Shown here: in pieces, positions 28,958 through 39,429 of the stretch
Layout: the number at the start of each line of letters is the position of its first letter
Position numbering within the stretch: the stretch's first letter is position 1
Assembly: GCA_963715985.1 (NCBI GenBank)
Contig: CAVQSP010000011.1
Span: forward strand, 192,001-256,000
Reading direction: 5' to 3'
From: an uncultured Thermoleophilia bacterium
Lineage (GTDB): Bacteria; Actinomycetota; Thermoleophilia; UBA2241
Length of the DNA: 64,000 nucleotides
Translations under genes and position numbers: made by a program
The notes under the pieces: generated by a model
The model's input: the letters and a program-made list of their open reading frames with translations, nothing else
Database searches by the model: none
What the model was told of the DNA's origin: nothing

Positions 28958-31900
28958 GCGGCGCCGCCCCGCAGGGCGGCGCCGCGACTGAGAAGCCGGC
29001 CACCGGAGGGACGCCGGCGGCCGGCGCTGCGGACGCGCAGGCCGCCGGCGCGTCCGGACCGGCCTGGTACTCGCTCTCCGCCGACGAGGTGGCGCGGCGA
29101 CTCGGCGTTGACGCGGCCAAGGGCCTCAGCGCGGCCGACGCCGACGCCCGCCTGACCAAGAACGGCCCCAACGCGCTGCCCACCGAGAAGCCCACGCCGG
29201 AGTGGCGGCGCTTCCTCGACGAGTACCGCACGTTCATGCAGATCATCCTCGTGGGCGCAGGCGTCGTCTCGCTGGTCATCGCGGAGTGGAGCACGGCGAT
29301 CCTGCTCTTCGTGCTCACCGTGCTCAACGCCATCGTCGGCATGCGCGAGGAGGGCAAGGCCGAGAGCGCCATGAACGCGCTCAAGTCGATGATGAAGGCC
29401 ACGGCGCGCGTGCGCCGGGACGGCGCCGAGGCTCAGCTGCCCGCCGAGCAGCTGGTGGTCGGCGACGTCGTGCTGCTCGCCGCCGGCGACCAGGTGCCGG
29501 CCGACGGCCGCATCGTCGCCGCCAGCGCCCTGCAGATCGACGAGTCGGCGCTCACCGGGGAGAGCACGCCGCGCGCCAAGAACCCGGACACGCCCCCCGG
29601 GCAGGACCTCACCGCCGGCGACCAGGTCGACATGGCGTTCATGAACTGCCCGGTCACCCACGGCAGCGGGGTGATGATCGTCACCGCCACGGGCAAGGAC
29701 ACCCAGGTCGGCACGATCTCCGGGCTCCTCACGGCGACGAAGAAGGAGACCACCCCGCTCATGCGCCAGCTCACGCGCATGACGCAGTGGATCGCCGTCG
29801 CGGCCCTCGTGACGATGGTCGTGATGTTCGCCCTCGGGCTCGCGCGCGGTCAGGAGCCGCGCAGCCTCTTCGTCACCGCCGTCGCCCTGGCCATCGCCGC
29901 CATCCCGGAGGCCCTCCCCACCGTGGTCCAGGTCATCCTCTCGCTGGGCGCCGTCGGGCTGGCCAAGCGCAACGCCATCGTCAAGGACCTCGCCTCGGTC
30001 GAGACGCTGGGCTCCACCTCGGCCATCAACTCGGACAAGACCGGCACCCTCACGATGAACCAGATGACGGTCGTGGAGGTCCTGGACGCCGGCGACCGCT
30101 ACACCGTCACGGGCACCGGCTACTCGCTGGACGGCCAGATCCAGCACGTGGCCGGCAAGTCCCCGAGCATGGACGACGCCATCCTGCCGTTCATCGTGGC
30201 CAGCGACGCCAAACTGCAGGACGGCAAGGTCGTCGGCGACCCCACGGAAGGGGCGCTGCTGGTGCTGGCGGCCAAGGCCAAGATCGACGCGGAGGTCACG
30301 CGCGGTCAGTTCCCGCGCCTGGCCACGCTGCCCTTCGACCCCACGGCCAAGCTCATGGCGGTCTTCGCCGAGGACACCGACACCACCGGCAAGAAGTGGG
30401 TGCGCTGCTTCGTCAAGGGCGCCGCACCGGCGATCATGGACCGCACCAGCGTCGCCCTCGTCGGCGACCAGCACGTGCCGTTCGACGACGAGCGGCGCGC
30501 CAAGGTCCAGGCCCACATAGAGCGCATGGAGGGCGCGGGCCTCAGGGTCATGGCCGCCGCGCGCTGCTTCATCGATCCGGACGCCTTCGATGCCAAGGGC
30601 GACCTGCTCGGCTACGTCAAGGACCTCGAGATCAAGAGCCTCGTGGGCATGATCGACCCGCCGCGCGAATCCTCGCACGCGGCGGTCGTGGCCGCCCAGG
30701 AGGCCCACATCCGCGTGCGCATGATCACCGGCGACGACGTCATCACAGGCGCGGCCATCGCCGCGCAGCTGGGCATCCCCGGGGAGGCCATCCTGGGCGC
30801 CGACTTCGCCGCCCTCAGCGAGGAAGAGCGCCTCACGCGCATCGACGACATCGGCGTGGTCGGCCGCGTCGCCCCCGAGCACAAGGCGCTGATCGCCAAC
30901 ACGCTCAAACAGAAGGGCGACGTGGTCGCCATGACGGGGGACGGCGTCAACGACGCCCCGGCCATCAAGGCGGCCGACATCGGCATCGCCATGGGCACCG
31001 GTACCGAGGTGGCCAAGAACGCCGGCCGGATGATCCTCTCGGACGACAACTTCGCCACCATCGTCTTCGCCGTGGAGCAGGGCCGCAAGCTCTACGACAA
31101 CCTCATGAAGTACGTGCGCTTCATCCTCATCACGCTGGTCGCGTTCGTCGTCTCGTTCCTGCTCGCCAGCGTGTTCAACATCCTCGCCGGACAGCCGTTC
31201 ACGCCGGTGCAGATCCTCTGGATCAACTTCCTCATCGACATGCCTCTGGGCATCGCTCTGGGGTTCGACGCCGAGACGCCCGGCCTCATGAAGCGCCCGC
31301 CGCGGCCGCGCGACAAGGGCATCCTCAACGGGTCGGTGCTGCTCATGTCCGGGCTCACCGGGACCTTCATGGCGCTGAGCATCCTGGCCGGCATCTACTA
31401 CGGCATCCACCAGGCCGGCAGCGCCGCCGTCGGTGTCACGATGGCGCTCACGGCGTTCGCCTGGTCGCGCGTCGTGTGCACCTACGAGAGCCGCAGCATG
31501 ACGGCCTCAGCCATCAAGCTGGCCTCGTTCGACTGCAAGGAGATCAACCGCATCGCGCTCGCCGAGCTGGTGCTCGCCTTCCTCGTCGTGCGGTGGGACG
31601 TCCTCAACCAGCTTCTCGGCACCACGAACACCACGCTGGATCAATCCCTGCTCGCCTTCGTGCCGGCCATCCTCCTCCTGATCCTCTGGGAGATCGGCAA
31701 GGCCGTCGCGCGGGCCACGCAGCACGGCAAGGGCGACGCCGAGGCGGAGCCGGCCGGAGCGCCTGGTGCGACGCCCGCGGCGCCTGCGCCGGCCGACGAC
31801 GAGGGTAAGGCGCCTGTGGCGGGCGAAGCCGAGATCCGGCGCCGCGGCGCGGCGCCGGCACAGGGTGCGACGCCGGCGCCGGCTCGGAGGCGGGCGGGGC

Positions 31901-32091
31901 GCCCGCCCCGGCTGGAGACGCAGGTGAGGCGCCTGCACCGGCAAGCGCCAGGCGCCGCGGAGGCTGCCACGAGACGGCGACGGGGCGGCGGGCGCTGTGC
32001 GCCCGCCGCCCCGTCGCACTCAAGCCCGCACGTGCCCTATCTCACGATCAGCGGTCTGACGGTCGCGCTCTGCTGCGTGAAGCCCGCGTAG
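28954..32091 (+). CDS. Cation-transporting P-type ATPase (P2A, Ca2+-type)
   Basis: LTGES, IPEAL, DKTGTLT, MITGD, MTGDGVNDAP, QILWIN. Low-complexity C-tail with uncertain end. Confidence 0.93.
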   Translation: MSGAAPQGGAATEKPATGGTPAAGAADAQAAGASGPAWYSLSADEVARRLGVDAAKGLSAADADARLTKNGPNALPTEKPTPEWRRFLDEYRTFMQIILVGAGVVSLVIAEWSTAILLFVLTVLNAIVGMREEGKAESAMNALKSMMKATARVRRDGAEAQLPAEQLVVGDVVLLAAGDQVPADGRIVAASALQIDESALTGESTPRAKNPDTPPGQDLTAGDQVDMAFMNCPVTHGSGVMIVTATGKDTQVGTISGLLTATKKETTPLMRQLTRMTQWIAVAALVTMVVMFALGLARGQEPRSLFVTAVALAIAAIPEALPTVVQVILSLGAVGLAKRNAIVKDLASVETLGSTSAINSDKTGTLTMNQMTVVEVLDAGDRYTVTGTGYSLDGQIQHVAGKSPSMDDAILPFIVASDAKLQDGKVVGDPTEGALLVLAAKAKIDAEVTRGQFPRLATLPFDPTAKLMAVFAEDTDTTGKKWVRCFVKGAAPAIMDRTSVALVGDQHVPFDDERRAKVQAHIERMEGAGLRVMAAARCFIDPDAFDAKGDLLGYVKDLEIKSLVGMIDPPRESSHAAVVAAQEAHIRVRMITGDDVITGAAIAAQLGIPGEAILGADFAALSEEERLTRIDDIGVVGRVAPEHKALIANTLKQKGDVVAMTGDGVNDAPAIKAADIGIAMGTGTEVAKNAGRMILSDDNFATIVFAVEQGRKLYDNLMKYVRFILITLVAFVVSFLLASVFNILAGQPFTPVQILWINFLIDMPLGIALGFDAETPGLMKRPPRPRDKGILNGSVLLMSGLTGTFMALSILAGIYYGIHQAGSAAVGVTMALTAFAWSRVVCTYESRSMTASAIKLASFDCKEINRIALAELVLAFLVVRWDVLNQLLGTTNTTLDQSLLAFVPAILLLILWEIGKAVARATQHGKGDAEAEPAGAPGATPAAPAPADDEGKAPVAGEAEIRRRGAAPAQGATPAPARRRAGRPPRLETQVRRLHRQAPGAAEAATRRRRGGGRCAPAAPSHSSPHVPYLTISGLTVALCCVKPA

Positions 32092-33431
32092 TCGGTGCAC
32101 ACCACCTTCCACGTGTAGCGCCCGACCGGCAGGGAGATGCGCGCCGTGCAGGTGCGCGTCTCGCCGTTGGGGCCGAACCCGGCGACCACGCTCTTCTTCA
32201 CGCGGTGCCGGGCATCCACGATCACCACGACGGCCCTGGACCGGGGCACGCCCGGGTCGGTGACGCGGAAGCGGAAGGTCGCCTTGGCGCCGCGGCTCAC
32301 CACGACCGCGTTCAGCGCCGCAGTCGCCGGCCGGGTCTGCGGAGTGAAGCCGGGTCCGCCCCCATCCGTGGTGCGCGCCACGAGAGAGTCCTCGCCGGCC
32401 ACCCAGGCCGATCCGGCGTCCAGCGCCGTCACCGCCTGCACGGAGGGCACGATGCCGCAGTCCTGCTGTACCCATGTCGAGCCCCCGTCGGTGGTGTGCA
32501 GGATCACGGCCCAGCCCTTGCCGCCGTACATGGGCGGCCAGGACGCGCCGGTCACCCAACCGTTCTGCGCGTCCACGAACGCCACCCCCGTGAGCTCGAC
32601 GGCTGCTCCGATGGCGACCGCCTGCGGACTCCAGCTGGCTCCACCGTCCCGGGTGTGGAAGATCACCCCATCCTGGCCGACCACCCACCCCTCGCCGCCG
32701 GCGAGGAAGCTGCAGTCCTCGACGACCGCCTCGGGATCCGGTGAGACGTCCTTCCAGGTGGCGCCACCGTCGGAGGTCGCGTAGCAGCGCCCCCCGTAGA
32801 AGTCCTCGTTGCCCTGCCCGCCGCAGACCCATCCGTGCGCGGCATCGGTGAAGCTGAGGCCGCTGAACATGACGTCGGTCGCCCCGGGGACCTTCTTCGC
32901 CCAGTGAGCACCCCCGTCCGTGGTGACGTACACGGTGCCGTCGTCGCCCGTGATATAGCCCGTCGTCGCAGAGGGGAACTGGACCTTCTGCAGCGCCGCC
33001 GCAGCGGTGAACGTGACGCGCTCCCATGTCTTGCCGGCGTCGGCGCTGGTCAGCAGGAGCGCCGCCTGGCGGTCGCCGCTGCCGTAGTCGGCACCGACGG
33101 CCCAGGCGTGTGTGGAGTCGCTGAAGGCGACACCACTGAGCTGGCCGTACACCTGTTCGTCCGTGACGGTCGTCCAGGTGGCGCCACCATCCGAGGTCCT
33201 GTGGATGGTCGGGATGAGCGGTGCCGGGCCGCCCTCCTCGATCATTCCGGTGGCCAACCCGACGTGCGCGTCGAGCATGGCGATATCGCTGAAGTCCAGG
33301 GTCAGGTCCCCCGGCGGGACGTGACCGCGTTGCCAGCCACCCGCGGTGCTCGACACGGCCGCTGCAGCGCCGGCCAGGGCTGCCAGGAACGCACACGCCA
33401 TGACGATGACCAGGAACGGTGTGCGCCTCAT
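32037..33431 (-). CDS. Secreted YCF48/BNR-repeat beta-propeller protein
   Basis: Signal peptide, repeated T[ST]DGG.TW Asp-boxes, C-terminal Ig-like domain. Confidence 0.85.
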   Translation of the reverse strand: MRRTPFLVIVMACAFLAALAGAAAAVSSTAGGWQRGHVPPGDLTLDFSDIAMLDAHVGLATGMIEEGGPAPLIPTIHRTSDGGATWTTVTDEQVYGQLSGVAFSDSTHAWAVGADYGSGDRQAALLLTSADAGKTWERVTFTAAAALQKVQFPSATTGYITGDDGTVYVTTDGGAHWAKKVPGATDVMFSGLSFTDAAHGWVCGGQGNEDFYGGRCYATSDGGATWKDVSPDPEAVVEDCSFLAGGEGWVVGQDGVIFHTRDGGASWSPQAVAIGAAVELTGVAFVDAQNGWVTGASWPPMYGGKGWAVILHTTDGGSTWVQQDCGIVPSVQAVTALDAGSAWVAGEDSLVARTTDGGGPGFTPQTRPATAALNAVVVSRGAKATFRFRVTDPGVPRSRAVVVIVDARHRVKKSVVAGFGPNGETRTCTARISLPVGRYTWKVVCTDYAGFTQQSATVRPLIVR

Positions 33432-33745
33432 GGGGCACCTCCTCCCCGCGCCCGGGTGCGCGGACCAAGTTCGCGACCTCCGCCCGCGCCGCCCGCTGCC
33501 ACCGCGGCTCGCGCGCGGCGTCGAACGAAGGTCACCCTGGGAGGTTCTTCGACCCCGCGGGCGCCGCACTTGAACCCGGGTGCCCGGGTGCGGCGCAGGG
33601 AGGCGCGGGCGGGCGCAGTCCGGCACCCCCGCCCGCCTCGACATTTCATGCATGTGTGTTATTCTTCACTTCATTCATTTGCATTGATTGGACGGCGGTG
33701 CCCCCGCGCACTCCGCCGCTCGCGACCCACACACGAGGTGACCAG

Positions 33746-34498
33746 ATGACGCAGCCGGAGACCGTGGCCACCATCCTGGCTCAGCTGGGCGACGCACCCG
33801 CCGAGGCCGTCCTTGCCGACGCGGCTCGCCGCTTCGCCGGCCGCGTCGCCTTTGCCACGTCGCTGGGCGCGGAGGACCAGGTGCTCACCGCCATGATCGT
33901 GGAAGCGGGGCTCGACATCCCGATCTTCACCCTGGACACCGGCCGCCTCTTCCCCGAGGCCTACGACCTCATCGACCGCACCTGCAGGAAGTACGGCCTC
34001 AAGATCCACACCTACTTCCCCGCGGCCGCCGAAGTGGAGAAGATGGTCGACCGCGACGGCGTCAACCTCTTCCGCGACAGCATCGAGGCGCGCCACCGCT
34101 GCTGCGAAGTGCGAAAGATCATGCCGCTGCGGCGCGCCCAGCTCGAGCTGGACGCCTGGATCTGCGGTCTGCGCAGCGGCCAGGGCGCGACCCGGCAGAA
34201 GGTCGAGGTCGCCGAGTGGGACCAGCTGGCGGACATGGTCAAGATCAACCCGCTGGCCGCCTGGGACGAGGCGCGCGTCTGGGAGTACATCCGCGCCCAC
34301 GACGTGCCCTACAACCCCCTGCACGACCGCGGGTTCCCGAGCATCGGCTGCGCGCCCTGCACGCGCGCCGTGGCCGAGGGCGAGGACTGGCGGGCCGGGC
34401 GCTGGTGGTGGGAGATGCCCGAGCACCGCGAGTGCGGGCTGCACGACCGCGCGGCCAGGATCCCCGGAAGCGCCGCCGACGCGGCCGCGGGCGCCTGA
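33746..34498 (+). CDS. cysH: APS/PAPS reductase, Fe-S type
   Basis: [31 protein letters not shown]. Confidence 0.95.
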   Translation: MTQPETVATILAQLGDAPAEAVLADAARRFAGRVAFATSLGAEDQVLTAMIVEAGLDIPIFTLDTGRLFPEAYDLIDRTCRKYGLKIHTYFPAAAEVEKMVDRDGVNLFRDSIEARHRCCEVRKIMPLRRAQLELDAWICGLRSGQGATRQKVEVAEWDQLADMVKINPLAAWDEARVWEYIRAHDVPYNPLHDRGFPSIGCAPCTRAVAEGEDWRAGRWWWEMPEHRECGLHDRAARIPGSAADAAAGA

Positions 34499-34508
34499 GG
34501 GCCGCCTC

Positions 34509-35390
34509 GTGAACCAGCTCGACACCCTGGAGGCCAAGAGCGTCCACATCCTGCGCGAGGCGTACCGCTCGCTGGGCAACGTCTGCATGCTGTGGTCGAT
34601 CGGCAAGGACAGCACCGTGCTGCTGCACCTGGCGCGCAAGGCCTTCTTCGGCCACGTGCCCATCCCGCTGGTGCACATCGACACGGCCTACAAGATGCCG
34701 GAGATGATCGAGTACCGCGACCGCCTGGCGCTGGAGTGGCAGCTCAACCTCGTCGTGGGGCAGAACCGCAAGGCGCTCGAGGAGAAGGCGACCTTCCCCG
34801 ACGGCAACTGCGACCGCATCCAGTGCTGCCGCAATCTCAAGACGATGGCGCTCAAGCACACGCTCTCGGGCGAGTGGCCGCGCCTGCGCATGTCCCACAG
34901 TCTGGGGCGCCTCGTCGAGGACGAGGACCTCTCCCCGTACACCGGCGTCATCGTGGGCGTGCGCGCCGACGAGGAGGGCTCGCGCTCGAAGGAGCGCTAC
35001 TTCTCGCCGCGCGACGTGGAGAACGACTGGAACGTGGACGACCAGCCGCCGGAGCTGTGGCGCTACTTCAAGACCGACTTCGAGCCCGGCACGCACGTGC
35101 GCGTGCACCCGCTGCTGGACTGGACCGAGCTCAACGTGTGGGAGTACATCGAGCGCGAGAGCATCCCCGTCACCTCCCTGTACTTCGACGACGGCACCGG
35201 CACCCGCTGCCGCTCCCTGGGCTGCTGGCCGTGCACCACGCCGGTGCAGTCCACGGCGACGAACGTGGCCGAGATCATCGAGGAGCTGCGCACCGGCAAG
35301 TTCAGCAACATCGCCGAGCGCAGCGGCCGCGCCCAGGACAAGGACGACGGCGGCGGCCTGGAGTCGCTGCGCCGCGGGGGGTACATGTGA
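34509..35390 (+). CDS. cysD: Sulfate adenylyltransferase subunit 2
   Basis: [41 protein letters not shown]. Confidence 0.95.
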   Translation: MNQLDTLEAKSVHILREAYRSLGNVCMLWSIGKDSTVLLHLARKAFFGHVPIPLVHIDTAYKMPEMIEYRDRLALEWQLNLVVGQNRKALEEKATFPDGNCDRIQCCRNLKTMALKHTLSGEWPRLRMSHSLGRLVEDEDLSPYTGVIVGVRADEEGSRSKERYFSPRDVENDWNVDDQPPELWRYFKTDFEPGTHVRVHPLLDWTELNVWEYIERESIPVTSLYFDDGTGTRCRSLGCWPCTTPVQSTATNVAEIIEELRTGKFSNIAERSGRAQDKDDGGGLESLRRGGYM

Positions 35391-37159
35391 ACCTCTCCCC
35401 CTTCGACCTGGAGCGCATGGACATCGTGGCCGTCGGCCACGTGGACCACGGCAAGAGCACCGTCATCGGTCGTCTCATGGCGGACACGGGCTCGCTGCCC
35501 GACGGCAAGCTCGATCAAGTGCGCGCGATGTGCGCCACCAACGCGCGCCCGTTCGAGTACGCCTTCCTTCTCGACGCCCTCAAGAACGAGCAGGCGCAGG
35601 GCATCACCATCGACACGGCGCGCTGCTTCTTCAACACCAGCAACCGCCACTACATCATCCACGACGCCCCGGGCCACGTGGAGTTCCTCAAGAACATGAT
35701 CACCGGCGCCTCGCGGGCGCAGGCGGCGCTGCTCGTCATCGACGCGCAGGAGGGCGTGCGCGAGAACTCCAAGCGCCACGGCTACATCCTCTCCATGCTC
35801 GGCATCCGCCAGATCAGCGTGCTGGTGAACAAGATGGACCTGCTCGGCTGGAAGCAGAGTGCCTACGAGGCCGTGACCGCCGAGTACGCCGACTTCCTGG
35901 GACGCCTCGGCGTGCACCCGCTGAGCTTCATCCCGGTGAGCGCACGCGACGGCGCCAACATCGTGCAGAGGGCCGTCGAGGCGCCCTGGTACGACGGCCC
36001 GACCGTGCTCGAGCAGGTCGAGGCCTTCAAGGCGCTCGACGACGACCTCGAGCGGCCGTTCCGTATGCCACTGCAGGACGTCTACAAGTTCACCGCGGCC
36101 GGCGACGACCGGCGCATCTTCGTCGGCACCGTGGAGACCGGCCGCATCCACCCCGGCGACGACATCGTCTTCCTGCCGTCCGGCAAGCGCTCCTCCGTCA
36201 GCACCATCGAGGCCCTGTCCGGGCCGCGTCCGGACGAGGCGTACGCCGGCCAGGCCACGGGCCTCACCCTGGACACGCAGGTGTACGCCAAGCCGGGAGA
36301 GCTGATGGTGCGCGCCGACGAGGCCGCGCCGCTGGTCGCCACGCGCCTGCGCGCCAACGTGTTCTGGATGAACGCGGCGCCCCTGATCAGGGGGCGGCGC
36401 TACGTGCTGCGCATGGGCGCCGCCCGCGTTCCCGTCGAGCTGGAGACCGTGCTCAGCGTGCTCGACGAGCAGGAGCTCGAGTCGGTCACGGGCGCCGCCC
36501 AAGTGGAGCGCCACGACGTCGCCGAGGTCGTGTTCCGCACGGTGCGCCCCGTCGCCTTCGACCCGGCCGATGTGCTCGAGCCCACGTCGCGCTTCGTCGT
36601 CGTGCACGGCTACGACACCGCCGGCTGTGGCATCGTGCTCGAGTCGCTCCCGGACGCCCCCGCCGACACCGGCGCGGAGCGCCGCTTCGCCGCCGGCGAC
36701 GTGAGCGCCGACGAGCGCGTCGCGCGCTACGGGCACGGCGGCAGGGCGGTGGTGCTCGTCGGCGAGTCGGCCGAGGACGCCAGCGCCGTCGCGGCCGCGC
36801 TGGAACGCCGCATCTTCGCGCGCGGGGTGCACTCGTACTGCCTCGGCGCCACCGACCTCGGCGAGGAGAAGGACGTGCTCGGCCGCGAGGCCCACCTGCG
36901 CCGGCTCGGCGAGATCGCCTGGGCGATGACCGACGCGGGCATCGTGCTCGTGGCGGCGCTCGGCGACGTCGACCGCTTCGACCTCGGGCACCTGCGCGCG
37001 CTGGCCGCCCCGCACGAGATGTTCGTGATCGGGGCGGGTGAGGCCGTCGAGCTGGAGGCCGACCTGGAACTGCCGTCGTCGCTGAACGCGGAGGAGGCGG
37101 CGGAGCAGGCGCTGCGCGCCCTCGCCGCCGCCGGCATCGTGCCCGCAGAGCCGATGTGA
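35387..37159 (+). CDS. cysN: Sulfate adenylyltransferase subunit 1 with degenerate C-terminal APS-kinase domain
   Basis: [28 protein letters not shown]. The C-terminal CysC-like region lacks a P-loop. Confidence 0.93.
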   Translation: MNLSPFDLERMDIVAVGHVDHGKSTVIGRLMADTGSLPDGKLDQVRAMCATNARPFEYAFLLDALKNEQAQGITIDTARCFFNTSNRHYIIHDAPGHVEFLKNMITGASRAQAALLVIDAQEGVRENSKRHGYILSMLGIRQISVLVNKMDLLGWKQSAYEAVTAEYADFLGRLGVHPLSFIPVSARDGANIVQRAVEAPWYDGPTVLEQVEAFKALDDDLERPFRMPLQDVYKFTAAGDDRRIFVGTVETGRIHPGDDIVFLPSGKRSSVSTIEALSGPRPDEAYAGQATGLTLDTQVYAKPGELMVRADEAAPLVATRLRANVFWMNAAPLIRGRRYVLRMGAARVPVELETVLSVLDEQELESVTGAAQVERHDVAEVVFRTVRPVAFDPADVLEPTSRFVVVHGYDTAGCGIVLESLPDAPADTGAERRFAAGDVSADERVARYGHGGRAVVLVGESAEDASAVAAALERRIFARGVHSYCLGATDLGEEKDVLGREAHLRRLGEIAWAMTDAGIVLVAALGDVDRFDLGHLRALAAPHEMFVIGAGEAVELEADLELPSSLNAEEAAEQALRALAAAGIVPAEPM

Positions 37160-37305
37160 GGCGCGCCGGCGGCTGACGACGCCGGCGCCGTAGGGGGCCG
37201 GCGAGCCTGGGCCGCCCGGCAGGCGCCCGCCGGCGGGCGCCGGCCGAGGAGTTTGCCGTCGCGTTTTCGGTGGCCACTCGCGCGACCGCGGGCTACCCTG
37301 AGGTC

Positions 37306-38439
37306 ATGACGACGACCGCCGCGACCACTCTGCCGCCCCGCGCCGACATGCTCGCCGCCCTCGAGGCCCGCGACGCCTCCTGCGACGGCCTCTTCTACGC
37401 CGCCGTCTCGACGACCGGGGTGTTCTGCCGGCCGTCCTGCCCCGCGCGCCATCCGCGGCCGGAGCACGTGACCTTCTACGCCACGGCCCCCGAGGCGCTG
37501 CAGGCAGGGTACCGCCCCTGCCGGCGTTGCCATCCGCTCGAGCAGCGAGGGAGCACGCCGCCCTGGATGACCGCCCTCATCGCACGCGTGGAGGCCGAGC
37601 CGTGGCAGCGCATCAGGGACGAGGACCTGCGCGCCGAGGGCCTCGATCCGGCCGCCGTGCGGCGGCGCTTCCGGCGGTCGCTCGGCATGACGTTCCAGCA
37701 GTACTCGCGGGCCCGGCGCCTGGGGCAGGCGGTACGTGCCCTCGGCGAGGGCGACAGTGTGGACGAGGTGGTGTTCGCCCACGGCTGGAGCTCGCACTCC
37801 GGCTTTCGCGCCGCCTTCACGAGGTCCGTCGGCGCGCCGCCCGGAGAGGTCGCGATGCGCCTTCGGGGCGCGAGTGTCCCTCCGGTCGCGGGGTCGCCCG
37901 CGGCAGACACGGGCGCCTCCCCCGACGGGATCATCCGGCTGAGCTGGATCGTGACCCCTCTGGGCGGCATGATCGCCGGTGCCACCGACGAGGCGGTGTG
38001 CCTGCTCGAGTTCGCCGACCAGCCAAGGACGCGGGCGCAGCTGGCGGCCCTCTCGCGCGCGCTCTCGCGCCCGCTGGCGCGCGGCGACGGCCCGCTCCTC
38101 GACGCCCTTCGCGCGCAGCTGGACGAGTACTTCGCAGGCTCGCGGCGCACGTTCGATCTCCCCATCGACGCGCCCGGGAGCGAGTTCCAGCGGCTCGTGT
38201 GGGACAGGCTCCGGCAGATCCCGTACGGGGCGACCCTCACCTATGCGAGCCTGGCGCGTGAGCTGGGCCGCCCTGCGGCGGCGAGGGCCGTAGGCAGCGC
38301 CAACGCCGCCAACCGCATCGCCATCGTCATCCCCTGCCACCGGGTGGTCGCCGCGGGAGGCGGCCTCGGCGGCTATGGCGGCGGCCTCTGGCGCAAGCTG
38401 CGGCTGCTGGAGACGGAGGGCGCCGCGCCGCATCACTGA
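37306..38439 (+). CDS. ada: Bifunctional regulator / O6-methylguanine-DNA methyltransferase Ada
   Basis: FCRPSC..R, GYRPCRRCHP, AraC HTH, IPCHRV. Confidence 0.93.
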   Translation: MTTTAATTLPPRADMLAALEARDASCDGLFYAAVSTTGVFCRPSCPARHPRPEHVTFYATAPEALQAGYRPCRRCHPLEQRGSTPPWMTALIARVEAEPWQRIRDEDLRAEGLDPAAVRRRFRRSLGMTFQQYSRARRLGQAVRALGEGDSVDEVVFAHGWSSHSGFRAAFTRSVGAPPGEVAMRLRGASVPPVAGSPAADTGASPDGIIRLSWIVTPLGGMIAGATDEAVCLLEFADQPRTRAQLAALSRALSRPLARGDGPLLDALRAQLDEYFAGSRRTFDLPIDAPGSEFQRLVWDRLRQIPYGATLTYASLARELGRPAAARAVGSANAANRIAIVIPCHRVVAAGGGLGGYGGGLWRKLRLLETEGAAPHH

Positions 38440-38547
38440 CGCCGGCAGCCGCAGGTCTGCAGGCCCGTGAGAACGCGGCACGTCCCGCCTTGCGGGGAAT
38501 ACTCCGCCTGAAGCGCGCCGTTCCGGCGCGCCGGGGGACGGGAGCCC

Positions 38548-39429
38548 ATGGACGAGCGGCTCGCCTACTACGCCCGCTGGGCCTGGCAGAGCGTAGTGCT
38601 CCGCGATGTGCGGCCGCTCATCTTCGGCATCGCTCCCACCGACCGCTGCAACCTCTCCTGTGCCGGCTGCCGCATCCCCGAGCTGGGGCGCCCGGACATG
38701 CCCTTTGACGCACTTGTGTCTCTGCTGCGCGACGCGCGCCGCCGCGGGTTCCGCGAGGTCTACTTCAGCGGCGGTGAGCCTATGCTGTGGCGCGACGGCG
38801 AGCACACGATCGAGGATGCCGTGATCGCCGCCCGCCGGCTCGGCTTCTATCACGTGCACGTCTACACCAACGGCACTTTGGGCCTGGCGACCTCCGCCGA
38901 CCTCGTCTGGGTGAGCATGGACGGGCTCTCCGACACCTTCCGCCGGCGGCGCGGCGACCACTTCGCCGAGGTGGAGGCGGCGGTCCGTGCGCCCGGCCAC
39001 CCGCCGGTGGCGGTGCTGTACGTGATCGACCGCTTCACGCGCGACGGCGTCGAGCCCTTCCTGCGCTGGGTCCGTGACGCGCGCCTGCCGGTGAAGGGCG
39101 TCATGTTCTACCTGCACACGCCGTACTACGGCTACGACGAGCTGTTCCTGAAGGGTGCCGAGCGCACCGCGGCCATCGACCGCCTGCTCGCCTGCCGTCG
39201 CGCCGGTCTGCCCGTGCTCAACTCGGCGGCCGGACTGAAGGCGCTCCGGTCCGGCCGCTGGGTGCGGCGCACCCCGGCCGCCGCGGTGGCCGACGTGGAC
39301 GGCGAGTCGGTGTGCTGCCGCGCGCCCGCGTGGTGCTGCGCGGACTGCGGGTACGCCGCGTGCACGGAGATCGTGGAGGCGCTCCGCCTGCGGCCGAGCG
39401 CCGTGCTCGCCATGAGGAGCTACTGGTGA
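38548..39429 (+). CDS. Radical SAM protein
   Basis: CNLSCAGC, FSGGEP, YTNG, C-terminal CC..CC.DC...C cluster. Confidence 0.9.
   Translation: MDERLAYYARWAWQSVVLRDVRPLIFGIAPTDRCNLSCAGCRIPELGRPDMPFDALVSLLRDARRRGFREVYFSGGEPMLWRDGEHTIEDAVIAARRLGFYHVHVYTNGTLGLATSADLVWVSMDGLSDTFRRRRGDHFAEVEAAVRAPGHPPVAVLYVIDRFTRDGVEPFLRWVRDARLPVKGVMFYLHTPYYGYDELFLKGAERTAAIDRLLACRRAGLPVLNSAAGLKALRSGRWVRRTPAAAVADVDGESVCCRAPAWCCADCGYAACTEIVEALRLRPSAVLAMRSYW

Noticed and set aside
27799-31410. 1203-aa minus-strand ORF and similar long antisense ORFs (e.g. 44335-46110, 47825-50050, 60529-62748)
   Set aside because: Shadow ORFs opposite well-supported genes, expected in high-GC DNA.
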